64,000 nt of DNA from the human T2T-CHM13v2.0 reference genome, Homo sapiens. Below are positions 38,553 to 51,329 of this stretch, one piece after another (the first letter of the stretch is position 1; the number at the start of each line of letters is the position of its first letter). The notes below the pieces were generated by a model that was not told the DNA's origin, did no database searches, and was given only the letters and a program-made list of their open reading frames with translations. The DNA is taken from assembly GCF_009914755.1 (NCBI RefSeq), contig NC_060926.1; one strand, written 5' to 3'. The position numbers were made by a program, and so were the translations under genes.

Positions 38553-38778
38553 TGAGAGGACTTCAAAACGTTCCTGAATAAAGGGAATTAAAAGATAAAA
38601 ATAAAAACACAAACTTTATTTCTCATCATGAGCTCCATCGAGTTCAATTCACTTTTGGAAGCAATGATACCAGCCATTTGGCCCATCAATAAGGAACTGA
38701 GGGTCCTGGCAATTTAACCCTGTAATTGCAGTCTTTTTTACATTATTAACTGAAGAAAAATGAGTGCCTTGTAAAGAA
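38553..38778 (-). mobile_element. HSMAR2 mariner 3'-terminal fragment
   Basis: TA + TIR TGAGAGGACTTCAAAA.GTTC, then GAATTAAAAGATAAAAAT..AAACTTTATTTCTCA..GATACCAGCCATTT..GAACTGAGGGTCCTGG. Confidence 0.85.
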
Positions 38779-39189
38779 CTTCCACATTCTTACTTATTTA
38801 AGTTTAAATATTACTTTCCATGAGAAGCATTCTTGAATTACCACCCCCCCTCCCCTTCCTCTGGATGACCATTGCTATGTGCCTTTATAGTGTGCTGTGT
38901 TTCCCATTAGATTTCTCAGTACTCGTTATAATTACTTATTTAAACATCCTTCTCAGGGACTGTATGCTCCATGAAGTAGAGATAAAGTCTATCTTGCTCA
39001 TCATTGCTTCTGCAGAGCCTAATACACTCCCAAATAAACATTTATTGCATAAATGGATTGTTGTAATTATTCAAATGTGAGACATGATGTTTTCCTTCAA
39101 GAAGTTTAAGGTAATCAAACCTTGACAAATCACTACGACATTAGGAAATATATAATAGGTGACTAGTAATAATAAAGGTAATTATAATA

Positions 39190-39445
39190 GGGTGATAACA
39201 TTTGTATAGTGCTTATTCTATTCCAGGTGCTGTATTAAGCCCTTATTATGTAAGCTCGCTTCATTTGTACAACAGCTCCTTAATGCTCCTAATGTGATCA
39301 TAGTATTATTTTCATCCTCATGTAACACGAAGAGGGGCTGTGTGACTTGCCCATAGCCACTCACCTGGTACATGAGGTTTCACATTCAAACTCCAAGTTG
39401 TTTGCATTTGGAGTTCATGTTCTTAACCTCTAGATTATACTGATG
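39190..39445 (-). mobile_element. MIR
   Basis: ACATTTGTATAGTGCTTA..CCAGGTGCTGTATTAAGC..GTGACTTGCCCA..ATTCAAAC. Confidence 0.75.
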
Positions 39446-40547
39446 CCTTCAGTAAATGATCACTATACATTTATTGCAGGAAGGAGGTGATGAAGAGAGA
39501 AAGAAAGAAAGGATGGAAGGAAGGAGGAAGTGGACAATGAGGTAAATAAAAATGGATGGGTTAAATTTGGGCATATGGAGTAAGAGACCGTTTATTGCTG
39601 TGGAGAAATTGACATGCACAAGGGGGAAGAGGTAAGGGATCCTTAGTAATGGTGAATGAACAATTATCTCATTGCAGCCCAGAGCCCTCACCTGAGTTCC
39701 AAACATTTAAGTCAAACTGCCAACTTCATTCTCCATTTGGACGATTTCTCAACATGTACAAAACCAAGTCCTGATTTTTCCGTGACCCCAAATCTGTTCT
39801 ATCTGAAGCCTCCCTATCTCAGTTACTGGTAAGTTCATTCTTCCAGTTATTCAGAAAATTAACTTGGGAATCGTCTTTAACACTTCCCCTTCTCTCATAA
39901 CCCATATCCTATTTAACAGGAAAACATTCTTGGCTTTTCCATCAATATATACCTTTAGTCCTACCACTTCTGACTCCCCAGTGATACCTCCCTGATCTGA
40001 ATAGAGGGTCGAGTTTTCAAGGTCCCCTTTCAATATATAGCTAGAAGCAATGCATATAAAACCTCAATCAGAACATTTCACTCATCTGTTCAACATTTTG
40101 CAGTGATGCAAATCAGTGTTCTTATGTAACTTAGAAGATGCTACGTGATTTAGGTTCTGTTATTTCAGTGACTTCATGTGCCACCATCCTGGCCCTCTCT
40201 TATCCTGCTGCAGTCACACTGGCCTCCTTACCATTCGTCAAGCACATTAGGCACTTTAGGGTCTTTAGCTCTGTTTCTCCCTTAGCTTGATCAAACACGG
40301 GTGTCATGTCCCACAAGCCTGGGTTCAGCTCTTACTTCAAGGAGGCCCGGCTCACCTATCCAAGTTAATGCTTCCTTTCCCAAAACTCCTTATCACTGTC
40401 ACCCAGTTATGCTGCTGCCTTTTTTCTTACAACTTCTCACCTTGTAATATGCAATATTCTTCCTTTTTCACTATGTCTGTCAGTTATTTTCTGTTCCCTA
40501 TGGCAGAAGTGAAAAGCCCATAGGACAAATGTCCTTGACCAGGAAAC

Positions 40548-41452
40548 AGGGCCAGCTCCATCGACATATGCTAGGGCACTGGCATAGGGCCCTGAGCTTA
40601 TAAGGGCCCTACATACATTTGAAGCTTAACACTCTGTGGTTTATGTCTTGGAATCCTTAGTACATTTATGTGTTTTGTCAGTGAAGTCTGTCAGGACAGT
40701 GTAACATGAGCTGGGAGGGGCCTCATTTCATGCTCTGTCCTGACTTTTGCTACCTCTCTGGGATAATTTTTTGGCTGCATACTTCAAAATTCCTGGCTTC
40801 CTGGGTCCTGCCTGACCTTTTTTTTTTTTTTTAGAGACAGAGTCTGTCTGTCTTTGTCACTCGCACTTCACGCTGGAGTGCAGTGGTGTGATCATAGCTC
40901 ACTGCAACATCAAACTCCTAGATTCAAGCGACCTGATCCTTCCACCTCAGCCTCCGGAGTAGCTGAGACTACAAGTAAGCATCATCATGTCTAGATAATT
41001 TTTTTAAATTTTCTGTAAAGATAAGGTCTTGTTACCCTGCCCAGGCTGGTCTCAAACTCCTGGCCTCTAGGAATGTTCCTGTTTCAGTCTCCCGGTGTGC
41101 TGGGAATGCTTCATCTTTCTTTACCCTTGAAGTTGTGGTGACACTGAGTCTATATTTCACCATTGCCCTCCATCCCTACAGGGACCTGGGTAGCAGGAGA
41201 ATGTGGAAATGCAGCAGTGGCTCTTGCCTTGGGTTGGCAATTGACATATGTTCTTTAGGTGGCTAAGTGGGGATTTCTTACCCATCCCCAATGTAGGTAC
41301 TGAGCAGTAATGTTCCTGCACAGGCATTTAAAGTCCATGGTCTGGCTGTCTGTGGGAAATTAGCTCAGTGGGTTCTTGAAAGAGGAAGATTCTGGCCAAA
41401 GTCCTGCAATTTTGTTTTTCACTGAGCCCCACAAATTATATAGCAGGTCCTA
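40548..41452. mobile_element. MER45 (B/C-like) hAT-Tip100 element
   Basis: 5' CAGGGCCAGCTCCAT..AGGGCCC..AAGGGCCC; 3' CACTGAGCCCCACAAATTATATAGCAGGTCCTA. Confidence 0.8.
40817..41106 (-). mobile_element. AluJ
   Basis: GATCATAGCTCACTGCA..AACTCCT..GATCCT; GCCCAGGCTGGTCTCAAACTCCTGG; highly diverged. Confidence 0.9.
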
Positions 41453-43299
41453 CTCTGACAGTAACTGATGGATTTTAATTGCCTAGATTTTAATTGCCTA
41501 GATATGAACCTTTCATCCAGTAGATATTCAATAAATATTATTGAATGAATGTAAACCAGAGTCACACCACACTCCACTCCTTCCTCACTTCAGATCTGTC
41601 AAACCATGGACGAGGGACAGTTTTGATGTAGACATGCAATTTTAGTTTTAAGCTGGATTGTATTGACTTTTAATGACTCTTAAGTGACAAGATAGTTATG
41701 GAATCTGCTGAAAGTATTATTAGAATATGTATTTCCCATTAGGAAGGAGAGACTTCCACAGCATAGTTGGGAACAGCTATTGGAGAAAAATAGGACAGTT
41801 TCATGCCTGTACCTCCACTATTGAGCTGATGAGCTCACTAAAGAAGATGATCGTCATGGTAGATGTGCTATGCCAGGGGAGAAGCAAAACTAGAGCCAAA
41901 TAACTGGGAATCAGAAGCTGAGAAAAAGCTGAGGGAATGAGACTATAGCCAAACTGAAAAACAAGTTAGAAAGACAATGCAAGAAGTCAAGAGAAGAAAG
42001 CTGTGGAGAGAGATGTCAGAGGGAAGGACATGGCCGCTTGAATGCCCCTGAGTGTAGGCCAGGGCCTGTCTGACAGTCTACACACGCTCTGACGCTTCAA
42101 AAACAAAGACTGTAAGGCACCTATTTTGGAGTCAGGATAGGGCACTAATTTTTGTCTAAAATTGGAAGAACTAGTGATGTTCTACTTTTCTTCAATAGGC
42201 TTTTTCAATGCTCAGGGACTAAGTATATTGGGATATAAAAATTATGGTGGAGAGGCAAATTATCCTGGCATCCTGGGTAAAAACATGTTTTATACTTGGG
42301 ACCTATAATATGGTACCAAATCTGTCCTCAAAGATGACTGCCTTCCATCCATGGTAGGGGTGGGAGAGGGGATGCCAGTAAGAAAAAAGCAGTCAAGCAG
42401 CAGCCCCTGGGTTGGTGGGCATAGATCCCTGCATCCCAAGCTGCACATCCTATGAATGTAGTCTGTTGTGTTTTGGTTAATATAACATCTAGTATTAAGT
42501 CGTGCTTACTTTTGGGTTCTCTCCAAAGAACCTCTTTAGGGATCCTGATATCATCTTTATTGGTTGTCCCATCTTAAAAGGAATTAAGAATTATGATTAG
42601 CACTTCTGGTTGATGGCCCAGTCCCTAGAATGCCTACTGAGGGCCCCATTATTGCTGTCATATTTCCATTAACAGTTCTCAGATTGGCTGTTACTCTGAG
42701 AATCAGATGTTACTCAGAGTTTTGCAGCATCCTATTCTCCTGGTCACGAGAGAGACCTCTAGACTAGCCCATGTCTCCAGGCTACTGAAGTGAAATAAAT
42801 TTTTGATCAGGCTATGGAAGAAGCAACAGAAGACAGAGCTAAAATCAAAATAATTTTGATATAATCATTTCAGCTGAAGACATCATAGAAACATCATATA
42901 CAGTAAAGATAAAAATACGGCAGCTGATATATAGAAAAGACTGGAATATTTAGCCATAGCATAGATATCAAAAACTTAGTAGGACCAAGGAACTGAACCT
43001 ATTTTCATTCTAAGACTACTATTGGGTTGATATGTAAATAAGTCAGAAACACCATGAACCCATCCTATCCCCAGTGCCAAGTATCAATGAGCCCTGAGTG
43101 CCATAAAGTTTAAGCCTGAAACAATTATATCTTAAAAATTAAAATGATTTATGTGCACTCTTTGAATCCTCCAATTAAAGGCCCCATTTATACCCAAACT
43201 ATTATTATTTAAAAACATCAAGAGCTTCTAAACTACATTATAGTTTGTATTTATAGTTTATATTCACATTATTAAAAAATTACCATTTTTTTCTCCTCT

Positions 43300-44450
43300 C
43301 ATGGCAAAATTTTTACTTAAGTATTTACACAATAAAGAATGTCATTTAAAATAGTCAACGAAGGAATTAAACCACAACGAGAAAGATCAATATAATGAAA
43401 CAATAAAAACGAAAATATGTGCCAAAACTATTATTAAAATGAACAGATAGTTACAGTCCTGACATTAAAACCATTTAATTTATAATCAACTCAGAAAAAT
43501 TTTTAGTGACAAACATCTTAGAAGAAAATTAAATGGCATTTCAAGCATACCAAGTCAATCTCAGTGCAAATTTCAAAAGGACTTTTGTGGCTTTTGACAG
43601 GCTGTGTCTAAAACAAACTTAGGGAGAAAATGCATACGAATAAACACAAGTTAAAGAACAATAAATATATCTGATCCCTATCAGATGCCAAAAGGTATTA
43701 TTATCTAAAATAATTATTTCTGAAAAACACTAGTATAGAAGTAGATCAATGCAGAAATGGGACTGACAGTCCAATAGCGGACTCACTCATAAGCACATTT
43801 TTTAAATGTATTATTGAATTCACATAATATAAACACAAGTAGGAAAACAAAAATAATTGGCAAAAATAAAAGCTGTGAGATGCCTTTTATATTGATAAAA
43901 ATAGTTAATAAGTTTATAGGTAATATTTGAATTTCCTGAGGAATAAAAAGTGAATTAAAACAAAAATGGAATATAATTTTGGTCTAACATGTCAACAACT
44001 TGAGACTACTAAATAAAATATGTATGTCAATTTCTTTGACATTTATTAAGTGAAATATATCAATTTCATATGTAAGGGGAAGTATTTTGGTACAACTTTT
44101 CTGGAAATTAATTTGGCAATATATAGCAAGGGATATAATTTTAATACACTGTCCTTTGATCCTCTAATTCTGCTTCTTAAAAGTATTCTAGATAATGATC
44201 ATAAATACAGATTTAAAATTGTGTACAAAATGTCCTTTTTTATAAACAACAGAATATAGACTAACCAGTTGACTCTTGGATTGCCTAGAATATAGGGAAT
44301 TTAGCCATCTCATGTTGGATATGATCGTATGTAAACTGATACAGTTTGAAGATAAATTAGGACCAAAGTGTACGAAAGTCTTTAATGTTGCACAGACTCT
44401 GTAGCTGGCAATTCCACTTCTAGAAATTTACCCTGAAAATATAATTGCAA
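43300..44450 (+). mobile_element. Very old L1 (L1ME-like) ORF2 fragments
   Basis: A-rich; TGGTACAACTTTTCTGGAA..AATTTGGCAATAT; GCAATTCCACTTCTAGAAATTTACCCT. Confidence 0.6.
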
Positions 44451-44494
44451 TTTTTTTATGATTAATGAGTCATGGTTCCAAATTTTACTTTACG

Positions 44495-44678
44495 TAGAGA
44501 TCAGCAAACTTTTGCTTTAAGGTGCCAGATAGAAAACAGTTTAGGCCACACAATGTCTGTGGCAAATGTGGTAGCACAAAAACAGCTACAGATAATGAGA
44601 AACAAATGGGTGTTGCCGTGTTCCAATACCAACAGTATTTTATTTACAAAAGCAGCCTGTGATGAACTGGTCTGTGCT
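44495..44678. mobile_element. MER58A
   Basis: TCAGCAAACTTTT..TAAGG.GCCAGATAG..AACAAATGGGTGT..GTGTTCCAATA..TTTATTTACAAAAGCAG. Confidence 0.85.
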
Positions 44679-45049
44679 CTGTTTAATTACAATGTAACCT
44701 ATATAAAAATGAAATTTATTTTTCTGTAGAAAATAATAGTCTTTCTCATAAGCCTCCACTTACTATATTCATTGTTTTAACATTTAGCTTAGTATAATAA
44801 TTTTTAAATTATTTCAGGTAATGATTATTAAATTATTTCAGGTAATGATTAGTATTTAGGCAAAAAATGTTCAGTCTTTATTATGCCTATTTCTTACTCC
44901 TGCTCTGCTCTAAGATGCATTTGGGAACGTGGTTTACATGACCTCTTGCCTATATGGTGAAAGAGTCCTCAGACCAAGATGCCCTCAGATCCACTTTGGG
45001 CTTGGATGCAGAGTCATCCATTGGGATATGTTTGGACTAATCTCATCTT

Positions 45050-45535
45050 TTGCTGCATTAAAACAAAGTCGAAACTTTCACAGTTCTCTGGGTGCATTGG
45101 GCTCAGCTGAGTAGTTCCAGCCTCACATATTTCAGGATTGCAGCTGTAGTGCTAGAATCATCTTGACTTGACGAAGCTTAATGTCCAAGATCTCTCAGTC
45201 ACATGGCTGATAACGGATGCTGTCCATGGATAAAAACTTGCTTTAAGTTGTCAAATGGAGAGCCCACTCATGACCTCTCCATGTTTTGGGTTTCTCATAA
45301 CATGGTGACTGGTATTCTCAGACACCTACGTAGAAGCTTGAAGACTTCTAATGACTTAACCTCGAGAAATCCCGGAACATTACTTTTACCAAATTCCACT
45401 GGTAAAGTGAATTCCAAAGGGAAGCCCAGATTCAAGCAGAGTAGAGGCACAGCCTCTATCTCTTGATAGAAGAATGCCTTGTGTTAAAGGAAAAAGAGAT
45501 AAAGATGGTGGCCACTTTGGAAACAAGCTACCACA
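45050..45535 (-). mobile_element. MLT1 (G/H-like) LTR
   Basis: GGGCTCAGCTG; TCACATGGCTG; CCTCTCCATGT..TTCTCATAACATGGTGACTG; GCCCAGATTCAAG; ends CTACCACA. Confidence 0.8.
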
Positions 45536-47275
45536 TTATTAATTGTCATTCTGCTGGCATTGATATCTTTAGTTTTATAAAATATAAATAAATTCCTCTG
45601 ATTTCTAATGAAGCTTAATGATCTCTCCCCCACTTACTCAACTGATGTTAAGTTCTAGTTCAAATTCTAGATCTTTCTGACTCTGTGTCATCTCCATCAG
45701 GCACCCTACCAAATCAGTCTTCCAGCTTTGTTGTAGGATCACCTTGCCCCTGCCATGCAGGATCCAGGCCACAGAAGAATTCAGGAAAGCTAAGAAAAGC
45801 AAACTAGAATTCTCTCTAACTGCACAATGTCATCCATTAATTATGCAGGGCTCCTAAATGTCTGTAAAGAACCAGATGAAGAAGAGCTGACTCCTGAACT
45901 CAAAATGTTTTTTTGTTTGTTTTCAATCATGACACATTTTGACCTATTTGGGTTAAAGTCTAAAAAAATAACTGTTGAGACACCCATCTGACTACTTCTC
46001 TTTCCATTGCCTTCCTTTCTTCTCTTTCCACAGTCATCCAACACAAGTGTAAGTTTATCTTCTTTACTTCACATTCTTCTTCCCCTTCCTGAATCCAGCC
46101 TTGTGGTTAAGCCTTTGCGAGGGTAAATATCATCTCTGAACTAAACGAAAAAAATATATTGCTGGCTAAGCTTATTACATATTACACCAAAAGAATTTCA
46201 AGCAGTTTCTTTCTATAGTAAACGTTGTTTTTAAACCAATTTTCTTGCTAAAAACATCTTTATTCTCCTCTTCTGGGTCTATATACTGCTTGACTCAGAT
46301 TCTGAGGTGGAAGGTTAAGGAGATGAATTTTTAAAATAACTGGAAGTAAGAAAATATCTGAAAACTGAAGAAAGATTAAATAAATTGTGGCACAACCACT
46401 TGGTGAAATATTTAAAGATTTTTAAGTGTTTGCTTATAAAGAAAAAAGATGGAGATGTTAATTATTCAATGTTGAGTCTAATAGTCTACATTTGCAATGG
46501 AATGACATATCCCTTTTTTTAATGATATCTACTCTGTTTCCATTTGTGCCTTCTTCATTTATTCATATTTCTAACTCTGTAGTCTTAATTAGGAATGATT
46601 CTTAATACTCGGTTTTTGTTCTTTTCCAGTCTCTCAGTAATCTTACTTGCTTCCATGACATTGACATTGCTTCTTCTATGAAGAAGTTTTTAAGACTCAA
46701 TCTGTACTCTGGCTGCTCTTGCGTGCTTCAAACTTTGTAACTATGTGCCTGCAATTCCTTTTGAAAATCCCATCTCCCGGACCAACTTGTGCCAAACCAA
46801 AGCTATCATCTTTCCATCATGACTGACACCTCTTTGTTCTTTTCATATTTCTCTCTATAATAAATAATCTATTTCCCAGGATGCATGGTCTGTAATAGTT
46901 TTTGACTCATCTTCTCTTGCTCTTATCTTCAATCTCCGTATCTGTATCACAGACACTGTTTGTTGCCTACCCAGAGCCACCTCCCTGCCTTATTCTTGAC
47001 AATAGAAATTTGCTTCTTGACAATAAAAATTTGTGGTTTTATTTTTTTCATTATCAGAGGCCAGCGTGTCATGTCTCGAGGTCTAAATCTTGATAATTAT
47101 AACATAGTAACAGTAATTTTACTTTTCTTGCCCATGATTGATTAGGGTTGAACATGCTGTATAATTTGGCCACTGAGTTCTGAAGGATCTCTGCTGAGGA
47201 GTCTTCTAGGAAAATTTTCTTCATTCTTAAAAAGTGACATAAGGAAGGGACTTTTTTTTTGGTGAAGGGGATGTA

Positions 47276-47442
47276 CTATATATGTGTGTGTGTATATATA
47301 TATATACATTTATATACATATGCTTTATAGGTATATGTGTATATGTATCTACATACACACACACACAAACATACATATATAGCACTTCCCCTCCACCAAA
47401 AAAGGAATGTCTCTTTGTGTGTGTGGGTGTGTATGCACATAC

Positions 47443-47474
<32 letters not shown>

Positions 47475-47480
47475 ATGTAT
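47276..47480. repeat. Compound (TA)/(TG)/(CA) microsatellite with an internal inverted segment
   Basis: Seen directly. Confidence 0.9.
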
Positions 47481-47624
47481 TTTGGAAATGAGGTCTCTCT
47501 TTGTTGTCCAGGTTGGAGTGCAATGGCATGATCACAGTTCACTGCAGTCTTGAATTCCTGGAATCTAGCAGTCCTCTTGCTTCATTCTCCCAAGGAGTTG
47601 GGATGATAGGCACCATCACACCCC
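47481..47624 (-). mobile_element. FLAM/FRAM Alu monomer
   Basis: CCAGGTTGGAGTGCAATGGCATGATCACAGTTCACTGCAG..GGGATGATAGGCACCA. Confidence 0.85.
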
Positions 47625-47859
47625 ACGTACTTTAGTGTAAGGATGTGATGCTTGTAGCCACCGCACCCATCTTGAGACTATAAGAGGATAAGCCTGAAGA
47701 CAAGAGTGAACTTGCTGAGCATCATAAGGAGAAAAATAAAAATAACCAGGGCTCTGGATCAGCTGCTGAATTAACCTAAGCTATGGACTTCTATACATTT
47801 TTGATCTGGGTTCTTAAATTAATTGAGTAGAAAGACCTTTAACTGCTATGTAGACAATT

Positions 47860-48080
47860 TCAGTGCTGTGGGAAGACAATTAGTAGTCTTAAAAATTTAG
47901 TTGAAGCCTTGGCTTGGCCACTTAAAAGTTGCGTGATACTAGGGAAACTACTTAATTTCTGTAAGTAAGTCGCTACATCTATGAATTAGGAACAACATTA
48001 CCCAAACATTTAGTTGTTTCAAATAAAGGAGAGAATGCATACAAAATAAGTTTGAAAAGGTAAAGCACCATATCAATAGA
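47860..48080 (+). mobile_element. MIR
   Basis: GCCACTTA..GTGATACTAGGGAAACTACTTAATTTCT..CATCTATGAA. Confidence 0.6.
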
Positions 48081-48271
48081 AGATTCATATTATATTTTTG
48101 AGTGTGATGATTGATTGAGCCACGTTTCCATTGCCACTACTCTCTTATAGAAATAAATTCTATCATATTTTGCGGCAGAGATCTAAGTGCTACCTCTACC
48201 TGCATTATCAGTAGTCTGTAATTCACACAGGTTAATATTTATCAGAATTTCCATTTTTTAGAAATTTAGTT

Positions 48272-48475
48272 TTCTAAGAAGATAGGTCTTAACTGTTCTC
48301 ACTACATACATACAAAAATACAAAATTACAAAGTAACCATGTGTGGTGATGGATATGTTCATTGGCTTGATTGTGGTGACTATTTCACAAGGGATACATA
48401 TATTGAATCAAGTTGTACAACTTAGAGTACATACTATTTTTACTTGTCAACTATGCCTCAACAAAATTGGAGAAA
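48272..48475 (+). mobile_element. L1MA9/10-L1MB-like 3' end
   Basis: GTAACCATGTGTGGTGATGGATATGTT..TTGATTGTGGTGA..TCAACTATGCCTCAACAAA. Confidence 0.85.
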
Positions 48476-48901
48476 GAGTAAAGATATGGAAATTTTGAAT
48501 CAATTACTAGACTTAATTGGTAGATATTGAACTCTGTGTTCTATAAACAAAGCATCAACATGCTTTTTGAATGCTTCTAGAGGATTTAGGAATAATACTA
48601 TATTCTACTCAAGAAAGAACTCTTAAACTATACACAGTAAATATTTTATACACAACGAAATACTAGTAGCTAGTATGTACTAGTGGATATTCCAATGCTA
48701 GGAATATGTCAGTAGGAAATGACAAAAAAGTGTTTTGCTAAATAATAATTTCATGGAAAGTAATTAAAACAGTTATTGCAATACTATCGATAAGAACTAT
48801 GAAAAATTTTAATTTAAAATGTTTTACATGAGAACAAAAGTATAACTGGGGAAATTTTGTAGCCTTACATGCTTTTATTTTCCATTAAGATTCTTTTGCT
48901 C

Positions 48902-49084
48902 TTTTTTTATTTCAATAGTTTTTGGGGTATAGCTGCTTTTGATTATACAGATAAGTTCTTTAGTGTTGATTTCTGAGATTGCAGTGCACCTATCACCTGA
49001 GCAGTGTACACTGTACCCAATATGTAGTCTTTTATCTGTTACCCCCCTCCCAACCTTTCCCCATGAATCCCCAAAGTTCATTAT
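48902..49084 (-). mobile_element. L1PB-like 3' end
   Basis: TTTATTTCAATAGTTTTTGGGG..ATAAGTTCTTTAGTG..TCACCTGAGCAGTGTACACTGTACCCAA. Confidence 0.9.
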
Positions 49085-50447
49085 AAAAATATGGAAGCTT
49101 AAGTAAGATTATAAAAGAACAACATGGTAAATCTTATGAATCTGGAAAAATGAGCTTAAGAAAGGTAGAATTATGATTAATAAAATTAGCAGAAGTAATT
49201 GTAGTGTAAGTGATTTACTTAATAAGTAAAATTTTTAAAAGATCCACACAGAGCATCATCAGTGAAATAAGAGGGAAAATATACTGTTTCTAGAATTATA
49301 AATAAGATAGATGATAGTTGTCTCTTTAACTATGACATAGATTCTATCTATCTATATCTATCTATAGCTATAAAGAGATATAAATAGATGGGGGGCACAA
49401 AATCAAAAACACTAGGAGTCCTGCACTTGCTTCTGTTGTAGAAAGTTTCAATAGACTGTAACATTCTCCCCAAACACCAAAAGGAAACTGGGAAAATATA
49501 ATATAGTTTTTGAAAACCGATTAGAGGATTTAGAGGATTGAGGACACAAAGAAATTGAAATCAACTACATGACAGAAACTGAGGAGCCTTTCATAAAAAG
49601 GAAGAGACTGCTGCTGTCATCCTTCGCAATGCAGAAGAAATGCAGAAGAGGAAGAGGTAACCCAATGGAACATCCCTCAGGCTGTCAATTGACCACGTGT
49701 GAGCTGACATGGCAAGACTCTGGAAACACCTTTCCAACTCATTCTCAGGTCCCTTCAAAGGGCATCTGGAGAGCAGGCCAAAGTTTGAAGGCAGTTAAAA
49801 CAAGAGTGCTGAGAGGGATTCCCCTTCCCCAGTAATGGGGGTGAGGGAGAGATTAAGGAAGCTAAGAGGAACGCAACATGAGCCCTCTGGGCTTCCAGGC
49901 CAAAGATGGGGCAGAAAGACCTAGAAACATTCCCAACCTGGCATTTCAGGCTTTTGGCTAAAAAAAACATTAGGACAGATCATGGAAGCTGAGGGACAAA
50001 CCTGCTGGGTAGATAGGAAGGTGCCTCCTTTGCGGTAGTTATGACACGGGGTTATAGTTAAACAAAATCTTAAAAGCTGTCCACTTAAGATTCATACATC
50101 TCATTGCACTCAAGTTATTCCTTACTGTAAAACAATACTTGTAGGAAGAGGACTTTGGTGTGGGTATTTTATGCAGAATGAAGGGGAAGAGCATGAACAC
50201 TCCCCAGAAAACATATGCTTTAATATCTTACAATACAACGTCTTTCCCCAAAGATTTGTATATAAGAATGTTATATTATTTTAATAGGCCCAACATTTGA
50301 AAAACGCCTGAAAGTGAAACAATATGTGATTAGTTGAATAAACTGTGACACGTTTCCTGGTGCCAAACTATATAGTTATTACACTTGATGCTATAGATGT
50401 ATATTTAGCTATAAAAAATTCTATATTGTTGATTTAAATATTTATTA

Positions 50448-51045
50448 CAAACATACTCCTACCATATGATCCAGCAATCATGTTGTTTAGTATTTACCCA
50501 AAGCGATTAGAAACTTATGCCCACACAAAATCCTGCACGTGGATATTTATAGCAGCTTTAGTCATAATTGCCAAAACTTGGAGGCAACCAAGATGTATGG
50601 CAGTAGGTGAATGGATAAACTGTGGTACATCCAGGCAATGGAGTCTTACTCAGCACTAGAAAGAAATTATCAAGCCATTAAAAGAGATGGAGAAAAATTA
50701 AATGCTTATTGCTAAGTGGAAGAAGCCAATCCTAAAAGGTGACATACTATATGATTCCAATCATATGAGGGTCTGGAAAAGGCAAAACTACGGAGATAGA
50801 CAGTACAAAGATCAGTGGTGGCCATGGGATCCGGAGTGGAATGTGAAGGAATGAACGGGCAGAGCACAGAGGATTTTTTAGCAGGGAGAATACCCTGTAT
50901 GAGACTGTAATTGTTGATACATATCATTAAACATTTGTTGAAACTCATAGACTGTACAACACCAGAAATGAACCCTAATATAAATTGTGTGCATTGTGTT
51001 ATGATGCATCAATGTAGGTTCATCAGTTGCAACAAATGTTCCTTC
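50448..51045 (+). mobile_element. L1MC1/2-like 3' region
   Basis: ACCATATGATCCAGCAATC..CCACACAAAA.CCTGCAC..GCCAAAACTTGGA.GCAACCAAGATG..AACCCTAAT.TAAA. Confidence 0.88.
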
Positions 51046-51329
51046 TAATTTAAATTTGTCTTCCTTGTAATTTACATTTTGCTAAAAACCTAAAGCAACT
51101 CTAAAAATATATTAAATGAAATAACTAAATAAATTATCAATTACAAAGCAATATGTACACTATCTTGAAAAATGCGTGTTACAAGCAGCAACCAACAGAG
51201 ATGGAAGGATAGAACTTTAAAACCAAATACTGATTATTACCTTTCTTCTGTTTTTCCTACTGTTTGATTTGTTTCTGCAATAAGTTTATAGTATTTTTGT
51301 AATTAAATTCAGGTTATTTACCAATAAGA

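Larger units (their letters stand above)
39660..41552 (+). mobile_element. L2 3' portion interrupted by MER45 (40548-41452)
   Basis: CTCAACATGT.CAAAACC; CTGCAGTCACACTGGCCTCCTT; terminus TCAATAAATATTATTGAATGAATG at ~41528-41551. Confidence 0.8.
46958..47850 (+). mobile_element. MLT1J/K-like LTR split by FLAM and microsatellite
   Basis: GGAAAATTTTCTTCATTCTTAAAAAG on the left; GGATGTGATGCTTGTAGC..CCATCTTGAGAC on the right. Confidence 0.6.

Noticed and set aside
41600-42600. Possible ancient Gypsy/ERVL-type LTR
   Set aside because: Composition is suggestive but I cannot match termini or consensus
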